Below, piece by piece: positions 25,763-38,575 of a DNA stretch of 64,000 nucleotides; the stretch's first letter is position 1, and every line of letters begins with the position of its first letter. The notes beneath the pieces were generated by a model. The model ran no database searches. It was not told where the DNA came from and saw only the letters and a list, made by a program, of their open reading frames with translations. The position numbers and the translations under genes were made by a program. This stretch comes from Octopus sinensis (Eukaryota), in assembly GCF_006345805.1 (NCBI RefSeq), contig NC_043003.1:23498001-23562000 (forward strand). Reading direction: 5' to 3'.

Positions 25763-25942
25763 TATAAAATATTATTAGAGACAAAACCACTATTTTGCAA
25801 AACAACAAGGAAAGACTTAATCAATACATAAAATTTTAATAAATAGTCAATTTTTGACTATTTATTAAAATTTTATGTATTGATTAAGTCTTTCCTTGTT
25901 TGTTTTGCAAAATAGTGGTTTTGTCTCTAATAATATTTTATA
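25763..25942. repeat. Near-perfect fold-back palindrome
   Basis: 88-bp and 89-bp arms differing by one indel, TTT spacer, (TA)n immediately downstream. Confidence 0.95.
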
Positions 25943-26580
25943 TATATATATATATTATATATATAAGATAATATAATATAATATAATATAATATAATGTA
26001 CTAGGGATCTGGGATTCAGGCAGGTACGTTATAACACTGATATAATCCAGATCTGGTTAATTACATCGATACAGAATCTCGTGATACTACACTTCTAATG
26101 TTCAGTTAATTATAAGCCATTATTGCTAGAACTGGCATAATTTCCAAACCGAAATTTACATTTTTTGTGTCCCCTTTATTTATTCTTTCTTTCAAGTCCT
26201 TTGAAATTTGCCCATTTATATAATATGGTATCATATTATTCTCATTATAAGTGAACAGTGAGGTGAATTCAGACACCCTGAGCAAATTAATTTATTTTTG
26301 CTTCTTTTTTACTATTAAGCTTAGAAAACAATTTATTCCCTAAAATTCTAAGAAGGTCACATTAAGTTTAAAATTATACCAGAAATATAGTCTTGTCGTA
26401 TTTCAAAGCAATCTCTTCTGTCATGTTCCATAAGATTTTAATATGCTTCACCAAGACTATACTTCAACGAGAACAATCACATATTTGAATCCTCAGTTCG
26501 CTTCAAATAACCCCGTGGGTAAAACCTTGAACAGAGCATCGGAGCAATTTTTATCCTCGATGAATCTATATGCAACTGAA

Positions 26581-26811
26581 GGCGGCGAGCTGGCAGAACC
26601 GTTATAACGCCGGGTGACATGCTTAGCGGTATTTTGTCTGCTGTTACGTTTTGAGTTCAAATTCCGCCGAGGTCGACTTTGCCTTTCATCCTTTCGGGGT
26701 CGATAAATAAAGTACCAGTTTCGCACTGGGGTCGATGTAATCGACTTAATCCCTTTGTCTGTCCTTGTTTGTCCTCTCTATGTTTAGCCCCTTGTGGGTA
26801 ATAAAGAAATA
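26581..26811 (+). mobile_element. Full-length family A SINE with 14-bp target site duplication
   Basis: TATATGCAACTGAA at 26567-26580 and 26812-26825; intact head, B box and tail. Confidence 0.96.
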
Positions 26812-28178
26812 TATATGCAACTGAATCAACTAAATGTACAGAAATGCTACTTGAAGGTGCATTAGGACTCTTATCTAGGAGACGCACGAATCGCAGAGGA
26901 ATTAAATGAGAATGATATTGTAATAAACAAAATTTGAATGTTTATTAAAACGCCATTCTTCTTTATGATGTCTTGATACGTATATATTTATATGCATACG
27001 TGTATGTACGCGTGCGCGCGTGTGTATGTGTGTGTGGAGAGAGAGAAAGAGACAGACAGACAGGTAGATATATCGACAGACACATAGAGAGGAATATGTC
27101 AACTAGATTATTAACTACAAAAGAGATACGAAGAAAACAAAGCAGAGAAAAGAATGCAAAATTTCGAGTAGCAGCGAGACAAAAAGACATTAAAAAAGGT
27201 GTGAAAGGGAAGCATGAACAATTTATTTTGCGTAAGAAGAAATTAATAACACCAGGCAAAAAATGGTTCAAGCAAAACGCGGAGATATCGAGCGAGAGAG
27301 GTAGTAAAAGAGCAAGGTAAAGAGAGGGAGGACACAACGAGTAAATGATTTATAGTAGTAGTAGTAGTAGTAGTAGTGATGATGATGATGATGATGATGA
27401 TGATAATAATAATAATAATAAAAATAATGATAATGGTAATGATAACAATAAAAGGCAGATAAATAATTGCACACACTTCCTATACGTTTACGCACGCAAA
27501 TGTGCGCAAACGTATATATACACCTGCGCATATATATATTTTTGTGTGTGTGTGTCATACACACACACAAACACACACATACACACACACACACACATAT
27601 ATATATATATGTGCCTGTGTTGTATTTTGTGTATGTATATATGTCTGTGTGTATATGTGCGAGTCGGTTACGAAAGGCATGTTTATATGTTTATATATAA
27701 ACATCCATATACATTTATGTATGTACGTAGACACATATATGTATATATATATATGCGTGTGTGTGTATGTATGTATGTATGTGTGTGTGCGTGAGTGCGT
27801 GTGTGTTCATGTGCATATATAAATATGTCGATACATATCTATATGAACATATACAGATATAATTACGTATACAAACTCATACGTAGACAAACTCATGCGC
27901 ACACATACACATGCGCATATAAATATCCTCGCCTATCTAAAATCAATCGTAATTAATTTAGGCAAAAAAAAATATCTGTATGTTTTGGTTTATTTTTCAT
28001 TTTCTCTTTTATTTTGTGATTTTTATATGGTTTGATTGCAAGATACATTAATTCTTTGTTATTGGCGTTGTTGTTTTAGCTAGTGTTATTGTTTAGGGTA
28101 TTTTCGGATTGGTTTACACTTTGGATACACACTTATACACATATATATACATGCATACATACACACACACATATATAA

Positions 28179-28230
<52 letters not shown>

Positions 28231-28233
28231 CAC

Positions 28234-28268
<35 letters not shown>

Positions 28269-28554
28269 TGTATGTATGTATGTATGTATGTATGTATGTA
28301 TGTATGTATGTATGTATGTATGTATGTATGTATGTATGTATGTATGTATGTATGTATGTATGTATGTATCATGTATACGTATGTATTGTTTGCATGTTTG
28401 TTGTATGCAAATCAGTGGATGTGAAAGAAATGTGTGTCTCATTAATTTTACGTAGTTAATTACGATGTGATATGCCATGAAAGACATTATGAATATAGGG
28501 TAGTTGGCGTATCGATTGATGCCCTCTAATGAATCATTATGACTTCTACTACTA

Positions 28555-28587
28555 TAAATAATAATGACGATGGTGATGATAATAATA

Positions 28588-28653
<66 letters not shown>

Positions 28654-28703
28654 TTAAAAATAGTAGTAGTAGTAGTAGTAGTAGTAGTAATAATAATAAT
28701 AAC

Positions 28704-28746
<43 letters not shown>

Positions 28747-28782
28747 GTAATAATAATAATAATAGTAATAATAATAATAATG

Positions 28783-28843
<61 letters not shown>

Positions 28844-28850
28844 TAATTAA
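28555..28850. repeat. (AAT)n/(AGT)n microsatellite
   Basis: Direct reading. Confidence 0.97.
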
Positions 28851-29319
28851 TGAGAAGAAGAAGTAACACTAAAAATTATATCATTATTGTTGTTATTATT
28901 TTAATCATAATTAGTGAGTGTATATGGTAAAGTCGAATAGTAACTATAATAACAATAGCCGTTTTGATATATAAGCTAAATACCAAATAACAGAACAGTA
29001 GTAATCAAACAAATTACAAGACGACATTAACAGCCATTCCATTGTTTAGTTATCGGATTCCTAAAATGCACAATAGCGAAGCATCGATATCGTTGTCTAT
29101 CGTAGCAGTAGTGTCAAATAAAAAAAATGATTGCTTCAAATGTTGGCAGAAGGCCAGTAAATTCAGTGGGGGTGGGGATTAATTGATTACATCGAATATA
29201 TTACCTAACGAGGACCTTAATATGTTGACGCTGAAAGGGATTGGAATTCTAAATTTTAAAGAGGCGTATGAAATATTTCCAAGTATTTTAATCAACGTGC
29301 AAATGATTCTGTTCAATCG

Positions 29320-29462
29320 CTTCTTCTTCTTCTTCTTCTTCTTCTTCTTCTTCTTCTTCTTCTTTCTTCTTCTTCTTCTTCTTCTTCTTCTTCTTCTTCT
29401 TCTTCTTCTTCTTCTTCTTCTTCTTCTTTTCTTCTTCTTCATCATCATCTTCTTCTTCTTTT
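29320..29462. repeat. (TTC)n microsatellite
   Basis: Direct reading. Confidence 0.97.
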
Positions 29463-29477
29463 AGTAGTGGTTGTTGT

Positions 29478-30603
29478 CTTTGCACAGCTTCTAACGCTGG
29501 AGATGAACTATACGACGGTGTCAGCTGTTCAATACCAGTGAACTAAGGTAACACCCCTTATTTTCCGAGCACCACCCGGAGTATTCGACCGGTCCAAGCA
29601 GTGCTGTTTTCTGCAAGCGATCCACCCTTATTTCAGCCCCTATTTGTTCCATGTATTTCTCAAGATTTTTATTCACTATTCGCAGTGTTCCGACAATAAT
29701 GGTACAACCACCACTTTTTTCAGCAACCACAAGTGCTTAACCTCCCAGAATAACCAGCCGTATGTATCTATCGACTTTTCTTTCTTCTTTATCGCATACC
29801 TTGTTGTCAGCTGGGCATGCTAATATCTTTAATCGAGCGTCGTTTGCTTTCTTTCTCAATTAACACTGTCTGACTTCCTATACACTGTCTCATCCTCACA
29901 CTGAATCATAAGATCCCACAGGATCGTTGCATTATCATTTTCGATGAGTACTTTGGGTTTATGCTCGTACCACAATTTTGCTCTGTCAAGTGCATACTTG
30001 TTGCGAAGTTGCCAATGGACAAACCTTGCTATGTTGTCATGGCGTCTCTTATATTCTTTCTGGGCTAGTGGCGTACAATGGCTGATAATATATCATACGG
30101 TTTCACCATTTAGTCCACAAATGCTGCACATATCTCTTTCTGGTTCTTAATGTTTACTCTGCTTTTTCTTCGGCAGCACAGATTAGAGTCTCTGCTTCCA
30201 GTTTTACATCACCTGTAGGCACCCATAGCCATCTTGTTCTCCGTCTGTCTTAAATTCAACATCCTTATGAAATTGTCCATGCATTCTTTTCCTTATCCAC
30301 CTATTTTCAGTTTCATTCATTCTCAAGTGCTTGTACAGTGCTTTATCTTTGCAATTTTCCATCCTACACAAGCTTGAAATTCATACGTCAAATAATAGCA
30401 GTTCTGTGGCATCATTTACATACCATGCTATGATGTTTACTTCTCCTCTAATGCTGTGTTCGCTTCCAAGCAGTCCTCTTTCCCCTCTTTTTCTTGGTAC
30501 ATAAAGTCTGCCTGTGTCACTTTTTAGGTGGAGTATCCCATATCTAGTCATCAACTTCCTTGTCTTTCTGTCTAAGCTGTTTAGTTCGTCTACTGACATG
30601 CGA
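29478..30603 (-). pseudogene. Decayed R4/Dong-like retrotransposon: RT thumb through RLE and 3' UTR
   Basis: Minus strand encodes DELNSLDRKTRKLMTRYGILHLKSDTGRLYVPRKRGERGL, RMHGQF, CSICGLNGETV..IISHC, KRRHDNIARFVHW, TILWD and LQKTALLG; multiple frameshifts. Confidence 0.9.
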
Positions 30604-30964
30604 TTACTAACAACAACATCTACAGCAACAACAACAACAATAACAACAATAATAATAATAGAGAAATCCAGAAATCCAAAGCATTGAGCTGATAACTACT
30701 GCCCAAATCCTTAGAAAATCACTTATATTACATGAAGATATTTTGCTACCACCCCTGCCACTTCCCCTCTCCAAGCTTTCAGTCATACTGTAACATCTCT
30801 TATCCTTCACTCGCCCCATGCAGATTAATAATAATAAATTTAACAATTAAACTTCCAGCATAAGATACAATATAATAATAGTACAATTTTTAATAAAGGT
30901 ATAAGATTTAAAATTTAAAAGCAGGGGTTTTCGTAGTGAGTCAATTGTTCATCTGGTTCCTAAG

Positions 30965-31172
30965 TCTGTAAGAATCGTTAGCTCGCCGGAGAATAAGCTT
31001 AGTGGCATTTCGTCCGTCTGTATATTCTGTGTTCAAATGCTGTCAAAGTAGACGTTACATTTCATCCTTTTGGGGTCTATAAATTAAGTACTAGTCGAAA
31101 ACTGGGACCTGTGTAATTAACTTTACGTTACCTCTAAAATTGCTGGCTTTGTGCCAAAATTTGAAACCATAA
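30965..31172 (+). mobile_element. Degenerate family A SINE (short-tail subtype)
   Basis: AGAATCGTTAGC head, TTTCATCCTTTTGGGGTC.ATAAATTAAGTAC body, TTGCTGGCTTTGTGCCAAAATTTGAAACCA tail. Confidence 0.8.
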
Positions 31173-32609
31173 CTTAAGTCGTTCTATACTTCACTAACTC
31201 TTAAATGATGAACACGAAACTAATTTTTTTTTATTTGAACTCAGAGGTTAAAAGGCCAGAAAAAATAGTGCACGAAATTTTGCCTAGCCAGCTAATCATT
31301 CTGCTAACTCAACACAGATTTCCTTTAATTGATAATTAAACGGTTGGAAAGAGGCATTCGATGCTCGCACCGAGTACATCCGCATCACGTAGCTGTGTAT
31401 CACAGACAATAATAAAAGGGTCATTCAACGTAGTTTTGAGTAAGAAATCAATAGAAAACGGTAAAATCTACACAATAGAGTCTAATTCCTATTTATTATA
31501 TTAGTTTTGTTACAAAGAGATTTTGTTTTGTGAACAAGTGGTACTGCAGACTGACTAACATTGTTACCTTTTTTAATGTTTTGTTTTATATTTGTAATAT
31601 GATTAGAGAATACTGTGTAGTATTGATGAATGGCTTTACATTGTGAAAGAAACTTAGTATTGATCAGGTCACGTACTTCTTCGAGCGACTGCTGAAAATT
31701 GAAAGGCAAAGTTAAACAAGGTGACGGATTCGATCTGTGAACATAAGCATAAATACCTGACGTAGAATAGATGCAACATATCCGATAAGGCAACGAATCG
31801 GCATAACGCCTTGTAGAATGTCAAGTGATATCTGTTTCCGCTCTCTCAATTCTAGGCTCGAAAACCGCCGAATCCACCATTGCCTTCTGGCAGTACTGGG
31901 TTATTTAATAAAGTACCACTGGACTCCTAGTCCGAAACATCTCTTAGTACCTTTCGCGAGAAGTGCAGTGCAGCGTATTACAACACGAAGTGTACTTTGC
32001 TCTAGAAATAGAAACAGATTAAGCAAGTTACGAACAACATCCAAAGGCGGATCGATGTGTCAGACGATAGGGAATGAAATTAAAATAGACATTTATTCAA
32101 TAAATTCATCCGTAGAACTTGAAGTCTTTTTGTATTTCATCCACATGTAAAGGATGCGCGTCAAAAAATGAAACCGGTGGGGTTTGAACATTGATCGGAA
32201 ACAATCAAACTATATACTGCAAACCATGTTTCCACTGAATGACGAACTAAAAGGTTTCCGATGGATATTGTAGTTATAACTAGTCAATATCTCACTTGTA
32301 TACATGGGCATAATTTTTTGATAAAAGTAAATACACAAAAAAAAATTATTCCCAAAATAATGAAAACAAAAACAAAATATGTACACATCCAGCAAAACAC
32401 AAACGAACTAATTTGGGATTGTTTTTCTGATATAATAGTTTAAAAAACAATGATTATTGTCACGGAAACACTTGAAAAATCTATCACATTTATTTTCCCT
32501 TCATTTTATTGTGTTTTTCATGAATTATCTATAAATCATCATTATCTTTTTATTATAAATTATCATTTTCAAATATTTTCGAGTGTGCAGATAGTAATAA
32601 AGTCACAAG

Positions 32610-32640
<31 letters not shown>

Positions 32641-33173
32641 ACACACACACAAACACACACACATACACAGAGTTTATTTAATAATGTATATGGATGTCTG
32701 TTCCTCACACACCGCTTTTATAATTTCGCACATACTTCAATTCTCTTTTGCCATACGATCAATATATTTTCAAACTGTTTCGCAAGGATCTCTATACAAA
32801 GCTTTTATATTAATATTTCATCAACATCTAATTCATTATTTCTGAATATCTATGGTTACGCATCCTTTGATATATAGTTATATCATGTAAGCATTATATT
32901 TTACAATATTTATTGTTTATTTGCTAAATACCAGTTTCAGGATGCATGATTATATAAATATATGAAACCTAAATAGATTAGTCTTAGAATCCTTTAGCGC
33001 TTTGCAAAAACATTTTGATATATGCGCTGGGAATTTACTGTAAAACACGTGCAGCGAGCTGAGAAAGCTGTTTCGTTTACACCCTAATGGGATTATTTTA
33101 AAGACAAATGGGTAAGATGTGAAACGGAACTAGCTGATAATTTAATAAAGTCGAACCAATATTTATATAGGGT

Positions 33174-33462
33174 GGAGGCATATGGCCTAGTGATTAGAGA
33201 AGCGGACTCGCGGATTCGAATCTCAGAGCGGGCAATGTGTGTGTTTATGAGCGAAACACTTAAGCTCCACGCGGCTCCGGCAGAAGGTAATAGCGAACTT
33301 CTGCTGACTCTTTCGCCACAACTTTCCTCTCATTCTTTCCTCCTGCATCTTGCAGCTCACCTGCGACGGACCGGCGCCCCGTCCAGGTGGGGAACCTATA
33401 CGCCAAGGAAACCGGGAAACTGGCCCTTACGAGCCAGGCGTGGCTCGAGAAGGTACAAACAA
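33174..33462 (+). mobile_element. Mosaic SINE: family B head and body, family D 3' domain
   Basis: 5' part matches 37551 (GCGGACTCGCGG, AGCTCCACG.GGCTCCGGCAG); 3' part matches 8175-8250. Confidence 0.85.
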
Positions 33463-33610
33463 TATGTATATAGGAAGATGAATCATGATAAACAAAACTT
33501 GAGTCCTATTATTTATGTAATAGAAATCACGAAAAGTAGTCGATTCATTCTCCATGGTCCCCACTAAATGTTCAAAATGCCCATCGAATATCAACACAAT
33601 CAAGAAAGCA

Positions 33611-34030
33611 GGGAGCTGGTAGAAACGTTAGCACGCCAGACAAAATCCTTAGCAGTATTTCGTCTGCTGTTACGTTCTGATTTCAAATTCCGCCGAGGTC
33701 GACTTTGGCTTTCATCCTTTCGGGGTCGATAAATTAAGTACCAGTTACGTACTGGGGTCGATATAATCGACTTAATCCGTTTGTCTGTCCTTGTTTGTCC
33801 TCTCTGTGTTTAGCCCCTTGTTGGTAGTAAAGAAATAGGTATATCGTCTGGTGTTACGTTCTGAGTTCAAATTCCGCCGAGGTCGACTTTGCCTTTCATC
33901 CTTTCGGGGTCGATTAAATAAGTACCAGTTACGCACTGGGGTCGATGTAATCGACTTAATACCTTTGTCTGTCCTTGTTTGTCGCCTCTATGTTTAGCCC
34001 CTTCTGGGTAATAAAGAAATAGGTATTTCC
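33611..34030 (+). mobile_element. Head-to-tail family A SINE dimer plus the start of a third unit
   Basis: Units 33611-33837 and 33838-34021; junctions read AAAGAAATA/GGTAT. Confidence 0.93.
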
Positions 34031-34267
34031 TTGAAATCAGCAATAAATAAGTCATGAAACGTACCTTAATACAACAAGTCATGTGCTCTTACGAACTGCT
34101 CTGAAGCATGAAGATTCCAAGCAACCTTCAGTCATGATCAACGACACCCAATTACTGACATATCTATCGTTGCTTCTCCTAATTTAGAAATTAACAATCA
34201 GAAAAAACTAACAAGATCCAAGCAATGATAAACCTATCACTGATGCAAAAAACATCAAAGAAAAAAA

Positions 34268-34750
34268 CTTAATCTGTTTATCTGTCTTTGTTTGTCCCCT
34301 CTATGTTTAGCTTCCTGTGGGCAATAAAGAAATAAGAAACGTTAGCACGCCGGGCAAAATCCATAGCAATATTTCGTCCCCTGTTACGTTCTGAGTTCAA
34401 ATTCCTCCGCGGTCGACTTTGGCTTTCATCCTTTCGAGGCCGATAAATTAAGTACCAGTTACGTACTGGGATCGATGTAATTGACTTAATCCCTTTGTCT
34501 GTCCTTGTTTGTCCCCTCTATGTTTACCCCCTTGTCGGCAATAAAGAAATAAGAAAGGTTAGCACGCCACACAATCCTTAGCTGTATTTCGTCCGTCTTT
34601 ACGTTCCGAGTTCAATTACACCGAAGTCGACTTTGCTTGTCATCATTTCGGGGTCGATGAAACACGTGCCAGTTGAGCGCGGAGTTCACTGTAATGGACT
34701 TACTCCTTCTCCCCAACTTCCAGGTCATGTGGCAAAATTTGAAACCGATA
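34268..34750 (+). mobile_element. Family A SINE chain (tail, full unit, short-tail unit)
   Basis: Junctions AAAGAAATA/AGAAA(C/G)GTTAGC at 34335 and 34552; the last unit ends GGCAAAATTTGAAACC. Confidence 0.9.
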
Positions 34751-36245
34751 TTAATACATTAGATGAACCACCGATATTTCGTAACAAAAGTGCGCTAACG
34801 AATATGAATGATGATGCATTATATAGTGTTTTATGGGATAGAGTAGATATATTTGTTATTCTAATCATCTTAAACACACCCAAGGTTGTTTAAAAAACGG
34901 AAGTGTAATTGTGAACGATGGAAATGTAAAAAAGAGGAATATATAATGAACTGGCTGACAGACAAGCAGATAGACAGACAGATTTATTCAGTTTTTAAGC
35001 ATACTTGCCATTAAATCATCTTAAGGAAATTATATAATATAAGATATTCCCCATCTTAGATATGAATGTACTTACAATCATCGACTGAACGAAGTACCAA
35101 AAAAAAAAACGAAAAAGACATTCGGGCAATCTTTCTTTGGAACATTATCGGGGCAAATCCGTTGCTTTTCGTAACACCGTTTAGAAAGAAAAACGAGAAG
35201 GTAAAGGAGAAATGCAAACTCTAAGAGAATAGTATCAGATTGTAAAATGATACATATAGGCTTCAGGGCTGAAATAATTACTGAATATTAATAATTACTA
35301 ACACATTAGTCATGTCAGAAATTATTGTATTCTTTAGTAATAAAATTCCAGACGTTGTATTCGTAATTTTAATGTTGATGTATTTGTCTTTTTAGTGCCT
35401 TAGGAGGCTTCTCATGTTAAATTATCTTCTCATTAACAATCAGAGGAAAGGGAAAATGTGTGGGAGTAGGAAACATGAGAAAAAATTCCCGTTTCCAATT
35501 ATTGCACAACACATAATCAACTAAGTTCAAGCCATGACCATCACGTTTTTATGTAGCGGGATAACATTTTCCAATATACAATGAAACTTATATATAGATA
35601 GTCGTATTATTTTAGGAACATTTGGCTACAATTTCTTTCATGTTGAGGAATGGTATACAACTTCGTTTCGAAAGAATATGCGTAATAGATTTACATACCT
35701 AGTATAAGTATTTAGCTCCCCTTAATTTCTTTAATTGTCGACTGTACGATAGAGTAAGCACAATCGTCTCATAAACAGATTTCATATAGTTTAAATAGAA
35801 TTAAATTCTATATGAAGCGCTTTATATTTTACATTTTATAAAGTTAAGATTATCTGTAGTTCAAATTACAGTGAATTAGGGTTTGTAATATGGCTTCAAT
35901 TCTCTCTTTATTTGAGATTTATTATCAAAATTAGCTCTAGATTATATTCAAGAAGCCATTTGAAGCCACCTTTTATACTCTTTCACTCTATATTGGTTTC
36001 TGTCATCGCCCTCTGGAGATGCGACTCCACTACCTTCAAGCGATGAATCACCATTATCGACGAAGTATATATCGTAAAACGGTATCTATGTCATATACGC
36101 AACATATACACACGACATACACAAAAGCACACACCACAAAACATATAGACTTGACGCATGTATGCGTATTCATGCATATATATACATATATGTGCGTGCG
36201 TGTGTGTATGTATATATAATATATATATATTATATATATATAATA

Positions 36246-36284
<39 letters not shown>

Positions 36285-36351
36285 ACATAATAACAGATAA
36301 CTTGTTTATCAGAGAATGCTAAGAGGATGAAAAGAAACCTTTTCCATAATG

Positions 36352-37462
36352 TTATTGAATAAAACCACCTTCTGCTTCAACAGCTACTTCCAAATGAGAT
36401 CTAGATCATCTACATGTTTGAACCAAGTGGTCCTGGTTCATTTTTGACATTACTCTGACTATGGCAGCTTTCAAAGAATCTTAAGTGTTATAGGTGTGTT
36501 TATTGACCTCATTTTCAACAACGCTCCGCATCTAATAGTCTAATGGATTGAGATGGGGAATAAGGAGGCCAAATGTTAGGGGTTATGTGATGATGAAAAT
36601 TTTCAGCCATCCACTTCTGCTTCACTCGAACAATGTGTGATAGGGCAGAGTCATACTCAAACACATAAGACATTCAATTACTTACGCTGTCTATCCAGGG
36701 CTTAACAATTATTTCCAGGACTTCTATGTAGGCTGCAGATTTAACTCTAAGGCTATGTGGAAAGAAGTAAGGAGGCATCACATGCCCTCATTTGCTGAAA
36801 ACCTATAAAACCATGACAGGTGTAGACAATTTTGAATGCATAACACTTGGAATTTCAGAAGGGTCTGCACATAACCATTTGTCATTTCTTCTGTTAATGT
36901 TTTGAGCTTGGTCGAAGGTTTTCTCGTTTGAGAAAACCCAAATCTGCTGGAATGTTATGTTGAAGAGCGTTTTAGACCTGATCTAGTGCTTTCCTTTTGC
37001 TTTTTCCGACAAATTGATCTTTCCTCATCATATATCTGATGTTTTAATGCACACGATTTCTGACAGCTTCTTCTGACAAATAGAGATCTTTTCCAATTAA
37101 CCTCATGGACTTCTGGGATTGTATTCAATGGTTTGTTGAACTTGATGGAAAACTTCGTGTGTTCTGTTATTTTAAGTGCATTTTGAATGCATTTTCTGTT
37201 TTGATACTGGTGATACGGTTCCATCGTCCCTCTCTAGCTCCTTACAAACTTTGTGGAAGAAACAACTGGCAAATTTTAAAAATCTTGATATTTCTAAATT
37301 GCTATGCTCAGCCTTTATAACCACAATAACAGCATGCCTCTTCATTTTTTGAGTAAGCTAAGGGTCTTCCATTATCATTTTCTGAAACAAACTTTATATA
37401 GAGTTTGAAAAAATGCAGTAATGCCCCGAAAATGGTATGTCCTCAAATAACTTACGCACCTT
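36352..37462 (-). pseudogene. Tc1/mariner DD37D (maT-like) transposase pseudogene with one surviving terminus
   Basis: Minus frame 37345 to 36352: MKRHAVIV.., WVFSNEK, YVFEYDSALSH, WPPYSP.LNPLDY, EAEGGFIQ*. About 37 residues lie between D2 and D3, across a frameshift. A putative TIR (GGTGCGTAAGTTATTTGAGGACATA on minus) abuts TA at 37463. Confidence 0.85.
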
Positions 37463-37495
37463 ATATATATAATATATATATATATACGCATACCA

Positions 37496-37547
<52 letters not shown>

Positions 37548-37550
37548 TAT

Positions 37551-37853
37551 GAAGGCGCAATGGCCCAGTGGTCAGGGCAGCGGACTCGCGGTCGTAGGAT
37601 CGCGGTTTCGATTCCCAGACCGGGCGTTGTGAGTGTTTATTGAGCGAAAATACCTAAGAGGTCCACGAGGCTCCGGCAGGGTGTGGTGATCCCTGCTGTT
37701 ACTCATTCACACTCTTTCTCCCACTCTTTCTTCTGTTGGCCTGGTCGCTTAGCCAGCGGGGTGGCATCATTCGAAGGCTAAAACAATGCGAACGCATTGT
37801 GAGCAGCGATGTATAACAACATTTATGTTCTGGTCGATCACGTGATCACGTGG
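37551..37853 (+). mobile_element. tRNA(Arg)-like SINE (family B, OR1-like), full length
   Basis: A box TGGCCCAGTGG, B box GGTTTCGATTCCC, tail CACGTGATCACGTG; inserted in (TA)n. The family name is from memory. Confidence 0.9.
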
Positions 37854-37888
<35 letters not shown>

Positions 37889-38263
37889 TATACATGTATG
37901 TATATATGTATGCATTATATGACAGAATCAGCACCAAGCAGTGATTGGGAATAACCGAACTTTAGGTTAGTTAACCTATAGTTCGTTTATTCTCAACCAC
38001 TGCTTCTCGGATATGTTGATATTTCTATTCTGCCCAGTCGTACACTCACGTATCTCAATCATTGACGTTGACTTTTATTTAGTTAAACCTACGGCCTTGA
38101 ATACGCGCAGGGTTATCTCTTTTCCGTAGTTCTCAATGAAGAGCTAGAAGCGCGCTTCTGGGATTTTAGGAGATAGAAGCACTGGGCACATATGATGAGC
38201 AGATATGGTCAAATAAGGTAGTAGTCAGAACTTCATGTTAACTATCATTATATATATATATCT

Positions 38264-38441
38264 ATACTTTATAATTAGGGTTCAACAAAGATTTGCTTCA
38301 CCACATACCGAAGTTTAGAAATAGCAGTCAAAAAATCTTAGCTATTCCTTAGTAGAGGAATAGCTAAGATTTTTTGACTGCTAATTCTAAACTTCGGTAT
38401 GTGGTGAAGCAAATCTTTGCTGAACCCTTATTATAAAGTAT
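38264..38441. repeat. Near-perfect fold-back palindrome
   Basis: 86-bp arms with 3 mismatches, 6-nt spacer TAGTAG, next to (TA)n. Confidence 0.95.
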
Positions 38442-38535
38442 TACTTAAGCTTACCATGAAATGGTCTTTTTCATGCCGAATTCTACTTGGTGTGAAATTA
38501 CTGATTACTTCTTTATTAATTAATTTACCCTTTGT

Positions 38536-38575
<40 letters not shown>

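Noticed and set aside
26973-27320. 115-aa Lys/Arg-rich ORF
   Set aside because: Starts in microsatellite and is explained by purine-rich composition.
33611-34750. Repeat-spacer-like periodicity suggesting a CRISPR array
   Set aside because: Units are about 200-bp SINE copies in eukaryotic DNA, with no unique spacers or cas genes.
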